64,000 bases of DNA from contig NC_091984.1 in the NCBI RefSeq assembly GCF_044704955.1, positions 146,630,001-146,694,000 of the forward strand, written 5' to 3'. Positions 11,480 to 21,736 of the stretch are shown piece by piece; position 1 is the stretch's first letter; each line of letters starts with the position of its first letter. Under the pieces are notes generated by a model. That model was not told the origin of the DNA. It did no database searches and saw only the letters and a list, made by a program, of their open reading frames with translations. Source of the DNA: Pristiophorus japonicus (Eukaryota). Both the position numbers and the translations under genes were made by a program.

Positions 11480-11978
11480 CATAGGATTACATCGGATATT
11501 CGGCCCAGAAACAGGCCATTCGGCCCAACCAGTCCATGCCGGTGTTTGTGCTCCATTCGAGCCTCCCGTCTTTCCTCATCTAAATCTATCAGCATAACCC
11601 TCTATTCCCTTCTCCCTCATATCCCTGTCTAGCCTCCCCTTAAATACATCGATACTATTCACTTCAATCACTCTCTGTGGTAGCCAGTTCCACATTCTCA
11701 CCACTTGCTGGGTAAAGAATTTTCTCCTGAATTCCCGATTGGATTTCTTGCTGACTATCTTATATTGATGGCCTCTAGTTCTGATCTTCCCAACAAGTGG
11801 AAACAGTCTCTCTGTATCCACTCTATCAAAACCTTTCTGAATGTTAAAGAACTCTATCAGGTCACCCCTCAGCCTCAAGAAAAAAGAGCCCCAGCCTGTT
11901 CATCCTTTCCTGATATGTACACCCTCGCATTTCTGGTCCCATCCTTGTAAACCTTCTCTGCACCCTCTCCAGTGCCTG
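11480..11978 (-). mobile_element. CR1 3' fragment in the J-C intron
   Basis: ORF 11576..11878(-): RLRGDLIE...RTRGH...FFTQ..V.MWN. Confidence 0.85.
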
Positions 11979-12509
11979 TGTATGGGTTATATAATATGGT
12001 GGGGAGCTGCGGTGAATGAAAGGGTTAATTGAAGAGTGCTGTGTATGACAGGGAGCCCGGCTGTATTCCTTTACCCACACTCCCCCTTCACCCAGCAAAG
12101 TATAAATAACGAACTGTTACCCACCGTGTGGAGGAGATCTGGACGTTGGCACACTGCGGTCCCATCCCTGCACCATCCCCGGAAATCGCTCTTGAGCCTC
12201 CTGCCTGTCTCAGTGTGACAGACACGGTGTGTGAGACACGGGCAGAGTGTGGGTGTGAGTGAGTGAGCTCGCTGGGGGCAGTCTGTGCTCCTGTCACAGT
12301 CTCTGATATAACTGAGCTCAGCCTCAGCACACTGACACTCCCGAGGTCCCGCCTCCCCCAGCTCCAACTCTGATCTGTCCAGCCCCCGCTCACCTCCTGT
12401 CCAACTTCTGATCACAAACAGGGGCAGCAGGGCTCGCAATCTGATGGCTGCAGTGCTCCAGGGTTGTGGGGAGACTCTCAGTTGCTGTTTCTGTGGCTCG
12501 AGTTCAGGC

Positions 12510-12710
12510 CGATATTTATCCCGCAACCTGCATCGCTTAAATGCTCAATTACCTCATTGCTGTGTGTGGGAGCTTGCTGTGCACAAATTAGTTGCTGTAT
12601 TTCCCACATTACAACAGTGACTGCACTTCAAAATGTACTTCATTGGCTGTGAAGCACTTTGGGACATCCTGTGGTGTGAAAGGCGCTATATAAATGCAGG
12701 TCTTTCTTTA
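12510..12710 (+). mobile_element. 3' part of a Deu-domain (SacSINE1-like) SINE
   Basis: Shares GGGAGCTTGCTGTG...GTGAAAGGCGCTATATAAATGCA with the copies at 18510 and 43285. Confidence 0.7.
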
Positions 12711-12799
12711 ATTTTTCTTTTTATTAACTGGGACTCGCACAATTCCCCTGCTGATTAAACCTGGACCCAGTAGAAAATCCCCAGAACACGGACTAATGT

Positions 12800-13260
12800 T
12801 CCATAAGAACATGGGAATTAGGAGCAGGAGGAGGCCATTCAGCCCCTCGAGCCTGTTCCGCCATTTAATGAGATCATGGCTGATCTTCTACCTCAAACTC
12901 CACTTTCCTGCACTGTCCCCATATCCCTCGATTCCCTTAATATCCAAAAATCTATCGATCTCTGGAATATTCTCAAGGACTGAGCCTCCACAGCCCTCTG
13001 GGGTAGAGAATTCCAGAGATTCACCACTCTGAGTGAAGAGGTTTCTCCTCTTCTGAGTCCTGAATGGCCGACCACTTATTCTAGCCTGTGACCCCTGGTT
13101 CTAGACTCCCCAGACAGAGGAAACATCCTCCCTGCATCTACCCTGTCTATCCCTGTCTGAATCTTTTATGTTTCAATGAGATCCCCTTTCATTCTTCTAA
13201 ACACTAGAGAATATAGGCCTAGTCCACTCAATCTCTCCAGAGGACAATCCCCCATCTCAG
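12800..13260 (-). mobile_element. CR1 3' fragment in the J-C intron
   Basis: RVVNLWNSLPQRAVE on the minus strand; CATAAGAA tail at ~12802. Confidence 0.85.
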
Positions 13261-13491
13261 ATGTCCGTCTGATGTGTCTGCGTGTTTGTCACACGTGACG
13301 GAGCAGACAGCAGGAGTTCCACCAGCAACACAGGACGTTACCTCAGTGCCCGGCCCACTTTCCCCATCCACTTACCATATTCTTACAGGTAAACGGGCTC
13401 AGCACCTGCCCTCGGCCGGTGAAATGTCTCCCCTCTACACCACAGGCTGCCCGTGATCTGTTCCCCATCTCACTCCTGAAGGCACAGCTCC

Positions 13492-13738
13492 CCTCCCCAA
13501 GTGGGCTCACTGTCCCAGTGTGAGCCCAGAGACTGAGCTCCCCAAGTGGGTTCACTGTCCCAGTGTGAGCCCAGAGACTGAGCTCACTGTCCCAGTGTGA
13601 GCCCAGAGACTGAGCTCACTGTCCCAGTGTGAGCCCAGAGACTGAGCTTCCCAATTGGGCTCACTGTCCCAGTGTGAGCCCAGAGACTGAGCTCCCCAAG
13701 TGGGCTCATTGTCCCAGTGTGAGCCCAGAGACTGAGCG
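13492..13738. repeat. 45/31-bp minisatellite, 6 cores of CACTGTCCCAGTGTGAGCCCAGAGACTGAGCT, in the J-C intron
   Basis: Period of 45 bp (13501, 13546) interspersed with 31-bp short units. Confidence 0.9.
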
Positions 13739-13804
13739 TATCAGACTAATCGACCGTGAGGTGTGAGCCGTGCCTCAATCACAAGCACGCTCGGCTCTGA
13801 GAAA

Positions 13805-14080
13805 AGAAAGAATGAATTCTATTTATATCGCGCCTTTCACGACCACCAGACATCACTTTGTGCTTTACAGCCAATGAAGTCCTTTTTGAAGTGTACTTAC
13901 TTTTGTAATGCAGGAAATTTCTGCACAGCAAGCTCCCACAAACAGCAATGTGCTGATGACCAAATAACCTGTTTTTGTTTTGTTAATTGAGGGATAAATA
14001 TTGGCCAGGACTCCGAAGTGGGATTTGAATCCACAATTTCTGACTCCAAAGTGAGAGTGCTTCCAACTGAGCCACTTGCT
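13805..14080 (-). mobile_element. Internally deleted tRNA-head SINE with L2-like tail
   Basis: Reverse complement of the SINE tail at ~13810 and of a tRNA-like head at ~14020-14080. Confidence 0.65.
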
Positions 14081-17000
14081 GACACTATTCGGCCCATCGT
14101 GTCCGTGACAGCCAACAAAGAGCTACCCAGCCTAATCCCACTTTCCAGCTCTTGGTCCATAGCCCTGTTGGTTACGGCACTTGAAGTGCACATCCAAGTA
14201 CTTCTTAAATGTGGTGAGGGTTTCTGCCTCGACCTCCCTTTCAGGCAGTGAGTTCCAGACCCCCACCACCCTCTGGGGGAAAATATTTCTCCTCAACTTC
14301 CCTCTACCCACACCTTAAATCTATATCACCTGGTTGTTGACCTCTCTCTTAAGGGAAATAGGTCCATCCTAACCACTCTATCTAGGCCCCTCATAATGTT
14401 ATACACCTCAATTAAATCTCCCCTCAGCCTCCTCTGCTCCAAACAAAATATCCTCAGCCTATCCAATCTTTCCTCATAGTTAAAAATTTCCAGTCCTGGT
14501 AACATTCTTGTAAATTTCCTCTGTATCCTCTGTGGTGCAACCACACATTTCCTGTAATGTGGTGACCAGAACTGCACACAGTGCTCTACCTATGGTCTAA
14601 ATAGTGTTTTATACAATTATAGCATAACTTCCCTGCTCTTGTATTCCATGCCGCGACTAATAAATTCAAGTATTCCGTATGTCTTCTTCACCATCTTATC
14701 GACCTGGCCTGCTACCTTCAGGGATCTGTGCACATGCACTCCAAGGTCCATTTGTTCCTCTACACTTCTCAGTGTCCTACCATTTAATGTTTATTCCCTT
14801 GCCTTGTTAGCCCTCCCCAAATGCATTACCTCACAGTTCTCCGGATTGAATTCCATTTGCCACTGTCCTGCCCACCTGACCAGTCCACTGATATCTTCCT
14901 GCTGTCTCCAGCTTTCTTCCTCACTATCAACCGCACGGCCAGTTTATGTATCATCTGCAAACTTCTTAATCATAGAAAAATAGAAACATAGAAACATAGA
15001 AAATAGGTGCAGGAGTAGGCCGTTCGGCCCTTCGAGCCTGCACCACCATTCAATAAGATCATGGCTGATCATTCCCTCAGTATCTCTTTCCTGCTTTCTC
15101 TCCATACCCCTTGTATCATTGATGTACATTGTAAAGAGCTAGGGTCCCAGCACTGAGCCCTGCGGCACTCCACTAGTCACTGCCTGCCATTCTGAAAAGG
15201 ACCCATTTATCCCGATTCTCTGCTTCCTGTCTGCCAACCAGTTCTCTATCCACATCAGTATGTTACCCTCAATACCATGTGCTTTGATTTGCACACCAGT
15301 CTCATGTGTGGAACCTTGTCGGGAATCATGTCCCCTACATTGAAGTAGAAACATAAAATCATAGAAAATATGTGCAGGAGTATGCCATTCGGCCCGTCGA
15401 GCCTGCAACACAATTTAATATGATCGTGGCTGATCATGCACTTCATTACCCCATTCCTGCTTTCTCTCCATACCCCTTGATCCCTTTAGCCCTAAGGGCC
15501 ACATCAAACTCCCTTTTGCATATATCTAACAAATTGGCCTCAACAATTTTCTGTGGTAGAGAATTCCACATGCTCAGAACTCTCGGAGTGAAGAAGTTGC
15601 TCCTCATCTCGGTCTTAAATGGCTTACCCCTTATCCTTCGACTTAACCCAGGTTCTGGACTCCCCCAACATCGGGAACATTCTTCCTGCATCAAACCTGT
15701 CCAATCCTGTCTGAATTTTATATGTTTCTATGAGATCCTCTCTCATTCTTCTAAATTCCTTTGAATATAAGCCTGAATCATTGGTGTATATTACAAATAA
15801 CAAGGGACTTAGTACTGAGCCCTGTGGCACCCCACTCGAAACAGCCTTCCAGTCACAAAAACACCCATTGACCATTACCCTTTGCTTCCTGCCACTGAAC
15901 CAATTTTGGATCCAACTTGCCACTTTCCCTTGGATCCCATGGACTTTTACTTTTCTGCCATGTGGGACCTTGCCAAAAGCCTTGCAAAAATCCATGTAGA
16001 CTACATCAAAGGTGCAACGCTCATTGACCCTCCTTGTTATTTCCGCAAAAAATTCAATCAAGTTAGTCAGGCACGACCTTCCCTCAACAAATCCGTGCTG
16101 ACTGTCCTTGATTAATCCATCCCTTTTGAGATGACAATTTATCCTCTCCCTCAGAATTGTTTCCAATAATTTTTCAACCACCGAGGTTAGGCTGACTGGT
16201 CTGTTATTAGTCGGTCTATCTCTTTACACCTTTTTGAACAAAGGTACCATGTCAGCAGTCCTCCAGTCTTCTGACACCACACCTGCAGCTAGAGAGGATT
16301 GAAAATGATGGTCAGAGCCTCCGCTACTTCCTCCCTTGCTTCTCTCAACAACCTGGGATACATTTCATCTGGGCCTGGTGAATTAACCACTTTCAAAGCT
16401 GCTAAGCCCCTAAATACTTCCCCTCTCACTATGTTTATCTCATCTAATATTTTACACTTCTCCTCAATTACAATGTCTGCATCGTCACTCTCTTCTCTGA
16501 AGACAGATGCAAAGTATTCATGAAGAACCATACCCACGTCTTCCGCCTCCACACAGAGGTTACTTTTTTGTTCTCCAATAGGCCCAACTCTTTCCTTAGT
16601 TATCCTCTTGCTCTTTACGTATTTATAAAACATCTTTGGGTTTTCCTTGATTTTACTTGCCAATATTTTTTCATGCCTTCTCTTTGCATTCCTAATTTCC
16701 TTTTTAATTTCACCCCTGTACTTTCTATACACCTCTAGGCTTTCTGCAGTATTTAGCTCTGGGTATCTGACATAAGCTTCCCTTTTTTGCCTTATGATCT
16801 TTGCCATCCAGGGGGCTCTTGACTTGGGAGTGCCACCCTTTTCCTTTGTGGGAACATACTTGCTCTGAACCCTTGAATGCCTCCCACTGCTCTGACACTG
16901 ATTTACCTTCAAGTAGTTATTTCCAGCCCACTTTTGCTAAATCACCTCTCAGCTTAGTAAAATGGGCCTTTCCCCAATTTAGAACCTTCATTCCTGCTCT

Positions 17001-17435
17001 ATCTTTGTCCTTTTCCATAACTACACTAAATCTAACTGAATTATAATCACTAGCAACAAAATGCTCTCCCACTGATACCCCTTCCACCTGCCCAGCTTCA
17101 TTCCCTAAAACTAATCCAGAAACGCCCCCTCCCTTGTTGGGCTTGCTGCGTACTGGCTGTAAAAGTTCTCCTGAATGCCTTTTAAGAATTCTGCGCCCTC
17201 TATACCTTTGACACTGATTCCATCCCAGTTAATGTGAGGGGAGTTGAAATCCCGGACTATTGCTGCCCGATTGTTTTTGCACTTCTCAGCAATTTGCCGA
17301 CATATTTTCTCTTCTATCTCCCTCTGACTGTTTAGGGGTCTATAGTACACTCTCAGCAGTGTGACCGGCCCTTTTATATTCATCAGTTTAAGCCATATGG
17401 CCTCATTTAATGATCCTTCTAACATACCATCCCTC
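14080..17435 (-). mobile_element. Nested, decayed CR1 LINEs (APE-RT-3' end with internal CR1 insertions)
   Basis: Minus ORFs 14326, 15139, 15446, 15624, 16289 and 17111 carry CR1 motifs; internal (CATAGAAA)n tails at ~14970 and ~15350. Confidence 0.88.
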
Positions 17436-18509
17436 TGTCAGAGGTGCCGTCTTTCAGATGAAACGTTAAACCGAAGTCCCATCTGCCCTCTCAGGTGGAC
17501 ATGAAAGATCTCATAATCACTATTGGAAGGGCAAGGGGGTTCTTCACAGCGCTCTGGCCAATATTTATCCCACAACCAACATAGTTAAAACCGATGATCT
17601 GGTCATGATCTCATTGCAGTCTGGGAGCTTAATAGAATCAGAGAAATTTACAGAATGTAAAAAGGCCATTCGGCCCATCGTGTCCGCACCGACCGACAAA
17701 GATCTACCAAGTACTTTTTAAATGTGGTGTGGGTTTCTGTCTCTACCACCCTTTCAGGCAGTGAGTTCCAGACCCCCGGCAGACATTTCCCCTCAAATCC
17801 CCTCTGAAGCTCCAACCAATTACTTTAAATCTATGTCCTGGTTGTTGATCACTCTGCTAAGGGAAATAGGTCCCTCCTATCCACTCTATCTAGGCCCCTC
17901 ATAATTTTATACACCTCAATAAGGTCTCCCCTCACCCTCCTCTGTTCCAAAGAAAACAAACCGAGCCTATCCAATCTTTCCTCATAGCTAAAATTTTCCA
18001 GTCCAGGCAACATCCTCGTAAATCTTCCTGTGTACAATTGGTTGTAAAGCACCTTGGGACATCCTGAGGTTGTGAAAGGTGCTATATAAATTCAAGACTT
18101 TCTTTCATTGAAGTGGGAGGGCCTTGATCTTGACCCTCGCCCATTGTCCGTGCACTCTGACCTTCCAGGAGGTCACAGGATCATTGGGAGCAGTGACCCT
18201 GCCTGACCCCAGTGCACTGAGACTACTTGTAGCCTCACCCTTGACCTCACCCCGGTGCTGGGCAGCAAGCTTTTAAATGCAATCTAGAAGCTTCTACAAC
18301 GACACCCAACATGAAGCCTTGCTGAAATGTGTTTATACAAGTATGCCGCAATGTTCCCAGATAAAGTTCTCCCGATCTGTGTGTGATCTGAGCTTTCTCA
18401 CATCTGAGCCTGTTTCCCCTGTATCCACCCATCGACAGTTCAAGCTTCCTGCCAGTGAACAGCGTCTTAACGGGACACTCAATCTTTACCGACTCTTACT
18501 GTTAACCAT

Positions 18510-18870
18510 TTCAGTGCTGAGGGAGTGCCGCACTGTCGGAGGTGTCGTCTTTCAGATGAAACGTTAAACCGAGGCCCCGTCTGCCCTCTCAGCTGGATGT
18601 AAAAGATCACACACCATTATTTCAAAGAGCAGGGGAGTTCTCCCCGTGTCCTGGTCAATATTTATCCCTCAACCAACATGACAAAAGAACAGATTATCAG
18701 GTCGTTATCACATCGCTGTTTGTGGGAGCTTACTGTGCGAAGATTGGCTGCCGTGTTTCCCACATTACAACAGTGACTACACTCCAAAAGTACTTCATTG
18801 GCTGTAAAGTGCTTTGAGATGTCCGGTGGTTGTGAAAGGTGTAATATAAATGCAAGATTTTTTTTTAATC
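18510..18870 (+). mobile_element. Deu-domain SINE (SacSINE1/AmnSINE-related)
   Basis: GTCTTTCAGATGAAACGTTAAACCGAGG...TGTCCTGG Deu-like core plus an L2-like tail; another copy at 17435-18105 is split by a CR1. Confidence 0.72.
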
Positions 18871-19095
18871 ACTTTAATATCGAACGCATTTATATTTATA
18901 TTAAACTTATCAAGCGAGGCAAATAAGATTAAGAATTAATGTTGCTCGCCTCTAATGGTTAATCGCCAGCCAGGAGTTCATTAACCCAGCTCTCCGTTAT
19001 CAGATGTGAATTATCCCCACACGGAAACACCCACAGTGACACACACACACACACACTAATATACACCTATTAAACATCCTTCTCCTCTATTTCAG

Positions 19096-19424
19096 GCCGA
19101 GGGAAGACACCACCCACGCTGACCCTGCTGCCCCCCTCCCCGGAGGAAGTCACGACCAAGGGCACTGCCACCCTGGTGTGCCTCGCCGATCACTTCTACC
19201 CCGATGCGGTGGAGGTGGAGTGGAAGAAGGACGGGGCGACCATTTCGGCCGGGGTCCAGACCAGTGACTACCTGCGAGCTTCGGACAACACCTACAGTGT
19301 CAGCAGCCTGCTGACCCTCTCTGGCTCCGACTGGGAGTCCAACGCCAGCTTCTCCTGCAGCCTCACCCACGAGAGCCTCTCCTCTCCCCTCAGCAAAGGA
19401 GTCAGGAGAGCAGAATGTGCGTAG
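19096..19424 (+). CDS. IGKC: Ig light-chain constant exon, kappa/NS4 type, intact
   Basis: TTCAG acceptor; PTLTLLPPSPEEV..KGTATLVCLADHFYP..VEVEWKKDG..TYSVSSLLTL..W..FSCSLTH..ECA*. Confidence 0.97.
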
Positions 19425-19582
19425 TGTGTCAGGGACAGTCCGCGGGGGAGACGCAACTTTAAATAGAACAGGGGGTGAGCCGGGAGGGCAAAGGTCATTG
19501 TCAGCACTGCATTTCTACTCTCTTCCTTCTCGGGACTGGGTCAGGGAAAGCATCTGAGGGTCAGGGGGTAAGGCACGTTATT

Positions 19583-19657
19583 GGGGCAGTGTCGAGGGAG
19601 CTTTACTCTGTATCTAACCCGTGCTGTACCTGCCCTGGGAGGGTTTGATGGGACAGT
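19583..19657. repeat. Single unit of a common shark dispersed/satellite repeat in the light-chain 3' UTR
   Basis: GAGGGAGCTTTACTCTGTATCTAACCCGTGCTGTACCTGCCCTGGGAG..TTTGATGGGACAGT, recalled as frequent in shark genomes; not checked against a database. Confidence 0.5.
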
Positions 19658-19854
19658 ATTGACTCGTGCTGCCAAGTAAAACCTCTCGAAGATGCTGAAG
19701 ACTGTCAGCAGAGTAAAACTAATGTTAAACTGCGAAGTGCCGCTTCAGTAAGCAGACCCTCTCCCTGCTCACCCTGCTGTTACAATTCAAGGTTTTGTCC
19801 CCGTTTAAAGGGACAGGATTCTCACGGTGTGGAGAAAATCCCCACAACTGTTTT

Positions 19855-19955
19855 AATAAAGCTGCATTCTCCCTGTGAATGTCTCCAGCTCGCTCTCGCT
19901 GGGCTGTTTATTCAAGTCTTGTTTCTGTAAATGTGAATCTGTAAAAGGCAATAAA
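19855..19955 (+). terminator. Two AATAAA poly(A) signals of the light-chain gene
   Basis: AATAAA at 19855-19860 and 19950-19955; GT-rich sequence follows the second. Confidence 0.75.
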
Positions 19956-20934
19956 CGTGAAGAATATTCAGTCTGTGTCTGGCGACTGCTTTGGAAATGT
20001 CCCACCTCTCCCTCAGCTGGATTGGCTACATTTCAGTAAGTGTCTGTCCTGATTGGCTGGGTGGGCTGTCAATTAATGGCAGGTCAGCAGGAGATTTGAT
20101 TCAAAGCCAATTATCAATCATTTTAAAACGATCAATTTGACCTCGAGTCCCTGGAGTGCACAAGATTAAACACAGAGACACTAAAAGCTGCTGGGATTAA
20201 ACCCTCCCAGTTTGAGCATTGGCTCTCACTCTGCACACTGGGGGTGTTGGGGCTGCCCCCGATGGTGGGATCGCACTGTGCACTGTGTGCTGACTGCTGG
20301 GGGCAATCTGGGGGCAGGAGGCCACAGTCACAACGTTGCATTCTCTCTCCTTAACGTGTGGCTCGTGGCAGCAGCACAAAACTGTACCGAGTGAGGCCTC
20401 AGCTTAGGGAGAGGAGCAGTCAGTGTATCACCGTGTACATGTTCCTGAGTGTTAATGTGGCTTACCCAGCACCACCTGTAGGTGTGTGTGTGTGTGTGAA
20501 TGTTACGCAGCAGCGCCTACAGGTGTGTGTGTGTGTGTGACCGTTACCGTTACCCAGCACCATCTGTCGGGGTGTGTGTGTGTGTGTGTGTATGAGCTCC
20601 AGCTCCTGGGGGGGTGGGGGAGGGTTGGTAGGGGAGTGGGGGGTGCGGTGATCGGGGCCTGACCTTTTGTGGAACGGGGGGTTCAACGCAATCTGGAGGG
20701 GGGGTTCCCTGGAAGGACAGGGCATCCGGGGAGACCAGAGTGGGGGAGGACTGGGGGGGTGGTGGTGGTCAGGGAGGGGGCTCCGGGACCAAGGGACCAG
20801 CCAGTCGCCACTCTGCACACACTCTGCTCCCTCTGTGTCTCAGTCCAGTGTTGCAGTGGGCAGTTCAGGATCTGAGGCTCAGGCTGGTTCTCCGGCACCA
20901 TCAGCGCCCTGTTGAGTAAGGATATTAAGAGTGA

Positions 20935-21736
20935 AGAACATAAGAAATAGGAGCAGTAGTCGGGCACCTGGCCCCTCGAGCCTGCTCCGCCATTTAATAA
21001 GATCATGGCTGATCTGATCATTGACTCAGCTCCACTTCCCTGCCCGCTCCCCATAACCCTTTATTCCCTTATCGCTCAAAAATCTATCTCGACCTCAAAT
21101 ATATTCAATGACCCAGCCTCCACAGCTCTCTGGGGCAGAGAATTCCACAGATTTACAAGCCTCTGAGAGAAGAAATTCTCCTCAACTGAGTTTTAAATGG
21201 ACGGCCCCTTATTCTGAGACTATGACCCCTAGTACTAGTTTCCCTTCCGAGTGGAAATATCCTCACTGCATCCACCTTGTCGCCCCCTCATTATCTGATG
21301 TCTTTCGATAAAATCACCTCTCGTTCTTCTGAACTCCAATGATTATAGGCCTAACCTACTCAACCTATCCTCATAAGTCAACCCCCTCATCTCCAGAATG
21401 AACCTAGTGAACCTTCTCTGAACTGCCTCCAATGCAGGTCTATCCTTTTTTAAGTATGGTGACCAAAACTGTACGCAGTACTCCAGGTGTGGCCTCACCA
21501 ATACCCTGTACAGTTGTAGCAGGATTTCTCTGCTTTTATACGCTATCCCCCTTGCAATAAAGGCCAACATTCCATTTGCCTTCCTGATTATTGCTTTACC
21601 CACATACTAACTTTTTGTGTTTCATGCACAAGGTCCCTCTGCACTGCAGCAGGTTGTAATTTTTCTCCATTTGAAAAGAATTTGCTTTTCTATGCTTTCT
21701 GCCAAAGTGGAAAACCTCACATTTTCCCACATTATA
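20935..21736 (-). mobile_element. CR1 3' fragment, host of the next element; continues at 25973-26085
   Basis: ORF 21343..21603(-); host sequence CCCAC-ATTATA-CTCCACCTGCC is rejoined when the insertion is removed. Confidence 0.85.
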
